A stretch of DNA of 63,740 nucleotides, the filler included, from Octopus bimaculoides (Eukaryota): assembly GCF_001194135.2 (NCBI RefSeq). It is 7 parts of 7 records of this genome, joined end to end, with 100 filler letters (N's around TTAATTAATTAA, not from the genome) between each part and the next. Parts side by side here need not be neighbours in the genome. Positions count along the whole stretch, not along the records: positions 1 to 6,138 come from NC_069007.1; positions 6,239 to 27,024 come from NC_068990.1; 5 more parts are not named here. One strand, given 5' to 3'. Positions 1 to 10,729 of the stretch are shown here, piece by piece. Below the pieces are notes generated by a model. The model was not told where the DNA came from and made no database searches. It was given only the letters and a program-made list of their open reading frames with translations. The position numbers and the translations under genes were made by a program. Numbering within the stretch: the stretch's first letter is position 1; every line of letters begins with the position of its first letter.

Positions 1-104
1 TTATATATATATTTATATTTTTAATACAACAATTATTTTACACACGTATATATCTTTCTGAAGAATTTTCTAATATTGCTTTCCTGATATTAATAATAAT
101 AATA

Positions 105-1430
105 ATCATCATCATCATCATTTAACGTCTGCTTTCCATGCTAGCATGGGTTGGATGGTTTGACTGAGGACTGGTGAAGCCAGATGGCTACACGAGACTC
201 CAATCTGATCTGGCAGAGTTTCTACAGCTGGATGCCCTTCCTAATGCCAACCACTCTGAGAATGTAGTGGGTGCTTTTTACGTGCCACCAGCACGAGCGC
301 CAGTCTGGCGGTACTGGCAATGGCCACGTTCAAATGGTGTTTTTTTACTTGCCACCTGCACGGGAGTCAGTCCAATGTTTTGTTTACATGTCACCGGCAC
401 AAGTGCCAGTAAGGCGAAGCTGGAAACAATCGCACTCAAATGGTGCTTTTTATGTGCCACCGGCATGGAAACAAGACCGCTGCTCTGGCAGTGATTCCAC
501 TTGGATGGTGCTGTTAGCGCTCCACTGGCACGGGTGCCAGTCATCGAATTCGGTTCAGTTTCAATCTCACTCGCCCCAACAGGTCTTCACAAGCTGAGTT
601 TAGTGTCCAATGAAGGAAGGTTAGCATGGGTGCCAGTCGTCGAATTTGGTTCAATTTCGATTTCACTTGCCTCAACAGGTCTTCGCAAGCAGGGTTTTGT
701 ATCCAAAGAAGGAAAGGTACGAATAAGTGGGCTGGCTACATCCCTGGCAGAGGCCTCGGATTATGGTCTCACTTGGCTTGCTGGGTCTTCTCACGCACAG
801 CATATTTCCACTAGTCACTAGTCATTGCCTCGGTGAGGCCTAATGTTCGAAGGTCGTGCTTCACCACCTCATCCCAGGTCTTCCTGGGCCTACCTCTTCC
901 ACAGGTATCCTCAACTGCTCGGGTGTGGCACTTTTTCACACAGTTATCCTCATCCATTCTCACCAAATGACCATACCAGCACAGTCATCTCTCTTGCACA
1001 CCACAACTGATGCTTCTTAGGTTCAACTTTTNNNNNNNNNNGCACAGTCATCTCTCTTGCACACCACAACTGATGCTTCTTAGGTTCAACTTTTCTCTCA
1101 AGGTACTTACACTCTGTCAAGTATGCACACTGACATTACACATCCATTGGAGTATACTGGCCTCATTCCTTGCGAGCTTACGCATGTCCTCAGCAGTTAC
1201 TGCCCATGTTTCACTGCCATGTAGCATGGCTGTTCATACACATGCTTCATACAGTCTGCCTTTTACTTTGAGTGAGAGGCCCTTTGTTACCAGGAGAGGT
1301 AAGAGCTCTTTGAACTCTATCTCAACGAAAGCCAGGTACAGAGGTTTATCCTTGGCTAGGTATTTCTCCTGCAGCTGTCTTACCAGAAATATAGCACCAG
1401 TGGTGCTTTTCCCTGGCATGAACCCATTGA
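105..1430 (-). mobile_element. RTE-clade LINE 3' part with internal deletion: RT fragment, ORF2 C-terminus, 3' UTR and (ATG)n tail
   Basis: Minus-strand translation gives GFMPGKSTTGAIFLVRQLQEKYLAKDKPLYLAFV joined directly to FKELLPLLVTKGLSLKVKGRLYEACV, then WYGHLVRMDEDNCVKKC...GRGRPRKTWDEVVKHDLRTLGLTEAMT. 3' UTR with repeated GTGCCACCGGCAC-like units; (CAT)n at ~105-121. Confidence 0.85.
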
Positions 1431-1454
1431 TTAGACCATGTGTGTGTGTGTGTA

Positions 1455-1680
1455 TGTGTGTGTGTTTGTGTATATGTTTGTTCCCCACCTCCACTTGACA
1501 ACTGGTGTTGCTGTGTTTGTCACCCTGCAACTTAGCAGTTTGGCAAAAGACCCTGACAGAATAAATACTTGGCTTATATAAAAAAGTCCTGAGGTCAATT
1601 TTTTTTTGGCTAAGACCCTTCAAAGTGATGCCCTAGCATGGCCACAGTCTAATAACTGAAACAAATAAAAGATAAACGAT
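1455..1680. mobile_element. SINE-like dispersed repeat, family D, attached to (GT)n
   Basis: GTTTGTTCCCCACC..TTGACAAC...CTAGCATGGCCACAGTCTAATAACTGAAACAA; homologous copies at ~3620-4115, 6440-6600, 16155-16310 and 59580-59785. Confidence 0.7.
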
Positions 1681-2157
1681 AAGAATACTGTTAATAGGTC
1701 AGTTACTGCAGAATTTGTTTCGCTATAACATCTCTTAAGGACTTGCTGTGCTAAGAACACAATAAATATGAGAGAGAGAGATAAACTTGTCCCAGCTGCA
1801 GCAGCAGCCAGTGAGTGAGTGTGTTGGATAGATTTCAGCCTTTTTTAGGCCTTTTCAGTGATGCATTCTTGCAGCCAGTCACATTTTCAGAGGAGAATTC
1901 CTCACTTCTGAAATAGGAAACAGTGAATTGACCATTTACTGATGTTGCAAACAGTCTCCTGGGTGATTAAAAATCTGGTATACACAATTAAATATATATG
2001 CATTCATAAAACACAACTCGTAAAGTGTGACGGTTTAAGGAGCTTTTGCTCTTTTACAGGACATGACCACCTCTCTAAAGCTGGTGCCACAAGCAGCACA
2101 CTAAATAACAGCTCGTAAGGGGATGATGTTAGGAAATGTGTCCAGGTGAAATAACAC

Positions 2158-2547
2158 CCTCATCATCATTTAATGTTCATTTTCGATGCTGGCATGGGTT
2201 GGATGGCTTGACAGGAGCTGGGAAGGCCACACCAGGTTTCAGGGTCTGTTTTGGCTTCATTTCTACAGCTGGGTGTCCTTCCTAATGCTAACCACTTCAC
2301 AGAGTGTACTGGGTGTTTTTTATGTGGTACCATCACAGGTACTTTTTGCATGGTACCAGCACCAGTGCATTTTACATAGCACCTTAGTTTTAGGATCTCG
2401 ATTCTGTTTTGGTGGGTGGATCTTCTCAAGCACAGTATTGCATCACATATCTCAGTCCTCTGTCATCTCCGTTCTAAGGTTTCAGTGTTTTGAGATCAGC
2501 CTTCAGAACTTCGTCCTGTGTATTCCTGGGTCTCCATCTTCCACAAT
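2158..2547 (-). mobile_element. RTE-clade LINE extreme 3' end
   Basis: (CAT)n tail plus 3' UTR homologous to 105-330; minus translation CGRWRPRNTQDEVLKADLKTL resembles the RTE ORF2 C-terminus. Confidence 0.7.
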
Positions 2548-2807
2548 TTCCCTCTACTTTAATAACCAAGCCAAAAATATATCCTGAGCAAGACAAGGTT
2601 CTCTAACCTTAGTAAGCAATACTTCCAAACGTATACTGACAATAACTGCAATGACACCTCCGACCCATGCCAGTATGGAAAGTGAGAGTGAAACAACAAT
2701 GGTGATCATGATGAGGATAACAGGCATACAAGGTGATCCAAACAGAATGTAAATATTTTATAATTTGAGAGAAATTAAAAATAACAAAAAAAGAAAGCAA
2801 ACACACA

Positions 2808-2844
<37 letters not shown>

Positions 2845-3186
2845 GAATATTCATTGTAAACAATGCATATACTTGAAAGTTTATCAAACTCACATTGTGT
2901 GGTGAATATGAGCATCATACCCAAAATATTGAGCAAGCACTTCACTCTATGTTTACCCAATTGTCTTGTTTAAATGCTGTCTAACAATATTATCATAATT
3001 CTATGATGCATCATGTTATATAAATTGCAATTAATCTTTTTCATTTCATGTTTAGAGCTTGTTGTGTTTTGATATGGTGGATATAGCCAATAATTAAATG
3101 ATTTGATGTCTGAAAACAGAAACAAATAAATCTAGAAGGAAACATATTTATGTATGTGTGTCATGCCTGTCACTGAGGTGATGTAC

Positions 3187-3520
3187 TGGATGGTACTGCC
3201 CCCTCACTAAACAAAGGTGCATCCTCAGATTTAGAAAATACAGTTTACAAAAACATTTGGCAAGAAAATAAATTTTTTTAAATGACCATCCCAAAATATA
3301 ATAATAGCTTACAAAAATCTTCCTGCAATACATTTCTTGAAATCTGACTAACATTGCTAAGGGGGTACCCCTCCACTAGTCAATGCTGCCCCTTAGATTT
3401 AGAAAATACAGTTTACAAAAATATTTCACAGGAAAATAAAATTTAAAAAATAAATAAATAAAATGACCATCCCAAAATATAACAATAGTTTACAAAAATC
3501 TTTCCGCAATACAAATTAGT
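3187..3520. repeat. Diverged tandem duplication, two units of ~170 bp
   Basis: CAGATTTAGAAAATACAGTTTACAAAA...AAATGACCATCCCAAAATATA...TACAAAAATCTT occurs at ~3225 and again (as TAGATTTAG...) at ~3393. Confidence 0.8.
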
Positions 3521-3575
3521 GCCCATCCAGAATATTCTGAAGTAACCCCAGGCACCAGAGTCTAGCGACAGCCCT

Positions 3576-3619
<44 letters not shown>

Positions 3620-3622
<3 letters not shown>

Positions 3623-4115
3623 ATGTTTGTCCCCACCACCACTTGACAACTAGCATTGGTCTGTTTACACCAGGGATGGGCAACTTTTCATCAACTGGGG
3701 GCCCCATCGTACCATTTCCATGTGGGAGAGGGGCCACATGATAAAACACTTATGCATGAAATATTACTTGCCCACTTTACACTGAATTTTTTGCAGTTCT
3801 TCTTAATTTTATTCATCTTAGTATGAAAGTTTATTTGTCTTAGCATGAAATTGTATTTATCTTAGTATAAAATTAACCTAAAAACTCTTTGAGGGCTGTA
3901 GAACAACATGTTGAGGGCCGTAGGTTGCCCAAGCATGGTTTACACCCTTGTAAATGAGCAGCTCGGCAAAAGAGACTAATAGAATAATTACCTGGCTTAA
4001 AAAAACAAAAAAAACAGAAAATCGAGTACTGGGATCAATTCATTCAACTAAAACTCTTTGAGACAGTGCCCCAGCATGGCCACAGTCTAATGACAGAAAC
4101 AATTAAGTAAAAGAT
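3620..4115. mobile_element. Family D SINE-like repeat interrupted by a hAT MITE
   Basis: The halves at 3620-3670 and 3938-4115 join into the family D consensus. Confidence 0.7.
3671..3937. mobile_element. Non-autonomous hAT-type MITE
   Basis: Imperfect TIRs CAGGGATGGGCAAC / GTTGCCCAAGCATG; perfect 8-bp TSD GTTTACAC at 3663-3670 and 3938-3945. Confidence 0.85.
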
Positions 4116-4989
4116 TAAACAAAAAATAAAAGTGAAAGTAACAGTCACAAACTGCCTTAATTACCTTTCAATATGTACACATCAGAGTGTTAGCCATCAT
4201 ATGATGGCTGCCTTTGGAAGTTTACTTTTGGCCCCAAGGGTAGTTTTGATAAAAGTTCAGTTATAATTATTGCATGTATGCCATATATCCTGGTATTACC
4301 CAGGGTGGCAAAAGTGTAGTGATATTTATGGCAGCAATTGTAATAATGGCATATTCAGTTGGAACAGTTTGGTATAGATTCTTAAGTTAGCAAATAAACA
4401 GCTTTAAGTGATTAATGGGACGAAAAACAAACCACATAAAAAACAAACAAACAAAAAAAACTGACTGCTAACGAACAGTTTCGACTGAAAAGTATCTGAG
4501 GAGAAATATTCATTATGATAATTATTAAATATTGTAAAGCCTTTTTTTACCGGCTACAACTAATTACTTGGTCCTCCTCCTCCTCATCATCATCATTGTT
4601 GTCGTCGTCATTGTTATCATCATCCTCATCATCATCATCTGTCTCTGTGTCTCTTTTTCTCTCTCACACCAATGTGTGTGTAGTATTCCTTTGATCATTG
4701 CCTACCACCAAGCCTAGTATGTGCACTCACCTGCCTCCTCCTCCTCTGTTTCTTTTTCTCTCCCACCATAGTGTGTGTGAAGGATCCCTTTCATCATTAC
4801 CTGCCACCAAACCTAGTATGTGCACTCATCCTTCATTTTTCATGTTAACTTACTCCATTATCTCTCTCTCTCTCATCTCCATTCCTCTATGTAAAGTGTG
4901 ACTGTAGAAAACCAATCAACCAACCAACAAACCAATTGACTGACCAACCTTTACTTCAGCTTTTATGATACAGAGATTACATACCCACA

Positions 4990-5127
4990 GGTGCAGGCAT
5001 GGCTGTGTGGTGAGAATCATGCTTCCCATCCACATGTGTCTGGATTCCAGTCCCACTGAGGGACACCTTGGCCAAGTGCCTTTTACTGTCAAAGCCTTGA
5101 GAGTGGATTTGGTAGATGGAAACTGAA
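4990..5127 (+). mobile_element. tRNA-derived SINE, family B
   Basis: GGTGCAGGCATGGCTGTGTGG (A-box-like) ... GGATTCCAGTCCC (B-box-like) ... CCTTGGCCAAGTG ... GAGTGGATTTGGTAGATGGAAACTGAA; many copies in the window. Confidence 0.8.
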
Positions 5128-5772
5128 ACATGGATGAGGAGAGCTGTGTGAAGAAGTGTCTCACCCTAACAGTAGAAGGAACCCGTGGAGGTGGGAGGCC
5201 CAGGAAGACCTGGTATGAGGTGGTGAAGCATGACCATCGAACGTTGGGCCTCACAGAGGCAATGACAAGAGACTGAGACCTCTGAAAATATGTTGTGACC
5301 GAGAAGTAAAGTGAGATCACAGCCGTAGCCTACACCAGCCCATTTAAAAAGTACCCTTGAATCATCGGGTGATACGCTGTGAGAAGACCTATTGAGTCAA
5401 GTAAAAGCAAAAATCAAAAGCAAATCAAAATGGAAATTGTAGTTGTGGCCGATGCCAGTGCCACCTGACTGGCGCCTGTACCGGTGGCACATAATAAGCA
5501 CTATTCAAGTGTGGGTCGATGCCAGTTCCACCTGACTGGCTCCTGTGCTGGTGGCACATAAAGAGCACCATCCGAACGTGACTGATGCCAGTGCCACCTG
5601 ACTGGCTCCCGTGCCGGCGACATGTAAAAGGCACCCACTACACTCTCGGAGTCCTTGGCATTAGGAAGGGCATGCTGCTGTAGAAACCTTGCCAAATCAG
5701 ACTAGCTTGCCAGTCCCCCAGTCAAACGGTCCAACCCATGCCAGCATGGAAAACGGGTGTGAAATGATGATG
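5128..5772 (+). mobile_element. RTE-clade LINE 3' end
   Basis: Translates MDEESCVKKCLTLTVEGTRGGGRPRKTWYEVVKHDHRTLGLTEAMTRD; 3' UTR homologous to the reverse complement of 120-560; ends in ATGATGATG. Confidence 0.85.
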
Positions 5773-6138
5773 AACAACCTACACCCATCCATCCAATTCA
5801 CAAAGGAGATGAACAGTAGCAAATTACCATTTCTAGATATAATGGTAATTAAAAAGAACACCGCCATTACCACAGATATATATTACAAACACACAGACAC
5901 ACACCAATACTTGAACTTTAAATCGTGCCATCCACCCCATACAAAACGCAACATACCATACTGCCTAGCCAGGAGAATATGTACTATTGTAGAGGATATA
6001 GAGACCAGAAATCAACGCCTGATGGAACTGAAAGAATTTCTGGTGAAGCAAAAATACCCATCACGACTCATAGAAAATGGTATTCAGCGGGCTTCGAAAA
6101 TACCCATACAACAACTGAGGACACCGCAAAGAAAAGAC
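5773..6138 (+). mobile_element. Penelope-like element, RT C-terminal/thumb fragment, cut by a gap
   Basis: NNLHPSIQFTKEMNSSKLPFLDIMVIKK...TTDIYYKHTDTHQYLNFKSCHPPHTKRNIPYCLARRICTIV, typical of PLE reverse transcriptases. Confidence 0.9.
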
Positions 6139-6238
6139 NNNNNNNNNNNNNNNNNNNNNNNNNNNNNNNNNNNNNNNNNNNNTTAATTAATTAANNNNNN
6201 NNNNNNNNNNNNNNNNNNNNNNNNNNNNNNNNNNNNNN
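6139..6238. other. Artificial scaffold spacer: 44 N + TTAATTAATTAA + 44 N
   Basis: The identical 12-mer (stop codons in all six frames) sits inside gaps at 6183, 27069, 35675, 37483, 60599 and 62478. Assembly artefact. Confidence 0.95.
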
Positions 6239-6265
<27 letters not shown>

Positions 6266-6269
<4 letters not shown>

Positions 6270-6416
6270 GACGGGCTTCTTCAAGCTTCCGTCTACCAAA
6301 TCCACTCACAAAGCCTTGGTCGACCCGAAGCTATAGTAGAAGACATTTACCCAAGGTGCCATACGGTGGGACTGAATTCGGAACCATGTGGTTAGGAAAC
6401 AAGCTTCATACCACAT
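6266..6416 (-). mobile_element. SINE family B
   Basis: Reverse-complement homology to 4990-5127; abuts (TA)n. Confidence 0.8.
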
Positions 6417-6906
6417 TCTTGTGGCGGCGGGGATGCATTATCTTCAAGAGTTTAGTCCAACAAATCGACCTCCAAGACTTATTTTTTAAAAGTCTGGTAC
6501 TTATTTATTGGTTCCTTTTGTGAACCGCTACGTTGCGGGTGGTAAACAAGCCAACACTGGTTGTCAAGTGGTGAGGGTGGGGAGAAACACAAATACAGAT
6601 ACACACACATATACAAAATGGTACTGGGAAGTTTTGGGCTTTGGATAAAAGAAAATACGGGAGGATCAGTTAATTACGATTTTATTCAATATATTCCCCT
6701 CTCTGATTCACACACTTATTACAGTAGTCCTTCAGTTTTTCTAAGCCCTGTAAAAGAACTCGGACTGTTCGGCCTCCAACCAAGCCTCTCGCAATACCCT
6801 TAAAGCCAGGAACTTCTCGGTAACACCTCATATATACACATGCACACATATATATTTATACATACACTCACACACACACACAAATACACACACGTATACG
6901 CACACA

Positions 6907-7064
6907 CGAGCGTCTTTCAGATTCCGTCTACCAAATCCACTTACAAGGCTTGGTCTGCCCGAGACTGTACTAGAAAACACTTACCCAAAATGCCACGCAG
7001 TTAGATCGAACCCAAAGCCATGCGGTTGGGAAGCAAACTTCTTATCACACAGCCACGCATTCGC
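6907..7064 (-). mobile_element. SINE family B
   Basis: CCGTCTACCAAATCCACT...CACACAGCCACGC, reverse complement of the family consensus. Confidence 0.8.
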
Positions 7065-7084
7065 TTATGCAGAGTGATTCTAAT

Positions 7085-7208
7085 ATTCCCTTAGCATTAC
7101 TATAACCCAGCTAGCAACCGAAGGGTGAAAAGCAAAGTCGACCTCGGCCGAATTTGAACTCAGAGCGTAGCGACGGGCAAAATACCGCTAAGCATTTTGT
7201 CCAGCGCG
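7085..7208 (-). mobile_element. tRNA-derived SINE, family C, 5' half
   Basis: Reverse complement of CGAGCTGGCAGAA..GTTA..GCTTAGCGGTATTT..CTGAGTTCAAATT..CGAGGTCGACTTTGC; compare the full copy at 35745-35975. Confidence 0.8.
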
Positions 7209-7432
7209 TTAACGGTTCTGCCAGCTCGAAAAATCACTTATAAGAGATCTCCCAAAAATCTATTTCCTTAATTTTTTAACTGCTGTTTCTGGCACACGTA
7301 TTTACGCAATTTTGATTTTGAAGTATTTAAAAAATTATTTGGAAATTATAAAGAGAAACGAATGGTAGATTTGACTGTCCGTTTTAAAACCACAAATTAA
7401 AAAAAAAAAATGTGGTGTGGAGGGCAGCAATT

Positions 7433-7466
<34 letters not shown>

Positions 7467-9716
7467 ATAATCGTATCAATTCCCTTATGCAGAAGACAGA
7501 ATCGAAAAATTTTGTAAAAATAAAAAAGTTATGAGGGGTTTTACCACGTGATTACATCATAACTCCGCCAAGTTTTGCTTCCACTAGCGAATGCTATACG
7601 TATCTTTCAGAAAGCTCCATACCAATTTAACTTGATGCGGCATTTGCTGTTAGTTTATGCGCAGGCTATGTGGGAAGACAGAATAAAGGGGCTTTTGTTA
7701 GCTTATCTCTACGAAAAAATAGTCCCCTTTGCTGCTGAATAAATAAACTCGCAGAGGAGCAGTCTGAACGTCTTCCTTTAATTTCTTTACACCATTTATG
7801 TGACTGTTTCTGGCAAGAAATTTCGCTTTCATGTAAAACAACTATATTTTGTAGTCAATATCCGTAATCTACTCCCAAAACACTTCAGTAGCTATACTTT
7901 GCATCACTTGCAAACTTATATGTCCTATTATCATTAAATTGCAACGACATCCACAATAACCAGCCTTCAATTTGATTTTCCGTTCCTAGGTTAATCAGAA
8001 ACATAGATTGCCGTGCTACTCATAAACCTTCTCGGTAGTTCAATTATTTGGTGAAAAAAATTCTACCAAAGCAACTTAAACCGCCCAAAGGACGGCTGCG
8101 TTTGCTAGTATTTTAATAAAATATTCAGTGAGAGCTAGTCCAGCAATGGCCACCTGATCAATAACATGCAACTTATTTAGTTGTAACATGACATAACAAA
8201 AATGATAACACTCAAGTTATTGCTAATCGAATAAACGAAGATACGATACTGATCACTTTCATGAAAATGCATTAGCATTAACCCATTACTTACCAGTGAT
8301 CTCATATGAGATCACTTAAAAATTACAAATTTCGTAATTATCTGTCAATATTTACACATATCTAACCTTTTTTACTATATCTACTAGGTATATTTCTCTG
8401 ATATTCAAATGAGGTTTGCTAATTTTTCACCCAATATCTCGCTTATTTCTATTTAAAATGTTATTTTGATCATTCCAGCGTGTTTCTAAGGCTGTTTTAT
8501 GCTAGAAATCAAAGTTTCAGAAAAAAAATTCCAGTTAATAGAATTATTTGAGGTAATATATGTAACAGCAACAGTTCTCCTTGCTTTATTGCTTTTTTAC
8601 AACTAATGCTTCCTACTCTTCCTACTTTTAAAATCCTACAATAACAACTATAAAACGAATGGAGAAAAGAAAGAGTTCGTTACTTGACCTATAACTCTTA
8701 ACAGGAGTTTTGGAGGCGTACACTCCTGATAACAATAGCAATACAAGCCATGCCCTTGCCTTTTGTTCGACTTCTCTTTGGGTCATGGAAAGACGAGTTT
8801 GAAGATTAGAAAATAGTAAAGTATTATGTAAAGTATCCAGCTTGGTTGCTCACACCCAGTATCAAGCTCACACCCACTTTATGCAAAATATGCAGCTCGT
8901 CTGTTCACACCCGCTGCATGTAAAATAATCAGCTCAAGTGATTATATCACATGCGGCTCCATCTAATCTACCAAACTCACTTGTTCACACGCATGCACAC
9001 GCACGCACCTACGCACGCGCGCACATGCGCACTTCGTGCAAATACTTCTCTCATTATTCCTACCATGGTTTCCAACTTTGAAGATGTGGAGTTTTTTGAA
9101 CATCTTTGATATCCACAGTTACCTCCTTACCTTACCTTACCGAAAAAAGAACTATACGACTTAACGGTTCACTACTTGGTCATTCAACCTGCTAGAAATT
9201 GCAACGAATTTCATTTAAATTACATTTAACCATCTTAAATGTAAAATGAGAAGACGCGTTATATAACTTAATCCTAGATACACTACATCTAAAAGAAGAA
9301 AAAGAAAGATAAAACGGTCATAGTTAGAAAGTTTTTGGTCATAGGCCTGCTTCATCCGGGCTATCTTCGAATTAAACATCAAGGACAATAAAGGACATTG
9401 TTTAGATTATATTTTTATCTAACTGGCAGCAAGGACCGTAGATATTGCCGATTTAGAAGGGCTTCTTTAGTTGTATGGGAGACTATAGGAGTAAGAGTAT
9501 TTGCCTCTTTCTCTGACTAGCTCAAATAAATTAAAAATATATAGCTCGTTTTGCAATCAAGTGGTCTCGGGCTCAGTTCCACTGAGAGTGACCTTGGACA
9601 AGTGTCTTCTACTATAGTTCCCAACCAATCAATGTCTTATGAGTGATTTTGGATAGACAGAAATTGTGTATTACGTGTGTATATACACATACATACACAC
9701 ACACACGTCCATACGC

Positions 9717-9754
<38 letters not shown>

Positions 9755-9852
9755 TGCACAAAACGCACATCACTCTATACAAATCATACACTGGGTTGCT
9801 TTACACATACTCACACACACAGGCCCATGCGTTTGCACACACACACACATGA

Positions 9853-10017
9853 TGTTATGTCTCAAGCTACTGCTATCTAGCACCTTCGGATGATCTCCAC
9901 TCAACCGCTACACAACTACAACTCGACTGCTACTCAACACCCTTACCACGGCCAGACTACCTCTATTTATATGTCTTGGAAGATCCTACTTCTTCGCCTA
10001 GGGGCGTCGACACAACA
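9853..10017 (-). mobile_element. Solo LTR inserted in the 5' pseudo-LTR
   Basis: TGTT...AACA termini; 5-bp TSD CATGA (9848-9852, 10018-10022); the empty site with a single CATGA is present in the 3' pseudo-LTR (~13932); TATAAATAG on the minus strand; homologue at 38869-39022. Confidence 0.8.
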
Positions 10018-10454
10018 CATGATTACCCCACACATACATACACACGTCCATACATACACACGTCCATACATACACACGTCCATACATACACACACATACC
10101 TACCAGTACATGGAATGCGTATCACTCCACATAATGTACACACTGGGTTACTTATACACATGCACATACACAGGTCCACACAATTTTCAGCTCATCCACA
10201 CATGCATATTCACACACTCGCCCTCCCATTCACACATACATATTCACATACACCATTCTCACATACACACGCGCGCGCTTGCGCACCTTAGTTCGTTGGA
10301 GTCACCGTTATCGTTATTATTATTATTATCGCCGTTTCATTTAGCCTCTTTTTCCCGGTCATTTCGTCATGTTGGACCGTTGAACCCTGCACATGTTTTT
10401 CTCTGTTTATTTTTTTTTTTTTTTCATTCTCTCTTCCTGTTTTTCCTCTTAATC

Positions 10455-10490
10455 CTTTCTGTCGAAGAGCGTAGGCTCGAAACGTAAAAA
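10455..10490 (+). ncRNA. Minimal type I hammerhead-like motif with variant core CUGUCGA
   Basis: UUU-CUGUCGA-A-GAGC(GUAG)GCUC-GAAAC-GUA-AAA; palindromic ACGU stem III; located in a PLE pseudo-LTR. Confidence 0.6.
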
Positions 10491-10729
10491 AACTTTTCCG
10501 TTCTTCCCGAGCGTTAAACTAACACACCTGCATAACCAGCACTCCATCCGGATTATAACTGGATCTTCATACTCTTTCGGACTCTGCCTCCATAGATCTT
10601 ACTAGTTATTTTCGTTGATGTAAATCACTCTAATCTACTACGACTTCTGAACTTTCTGAACTTGTAAACTTCGACGCTAATAAATTTGCCATTCTCTCTC
10701 CATTTTAATTTTTTTCTCCTTTTCCCAGC

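Noticed and set aside
6183-6194. TTAATTAATTAA palindrome recurring six times
   Set aside because: Always centred in a 100-bp N block (44+12+44) and encodes stops in all frames; it is a scaffolding spacer, not biology.
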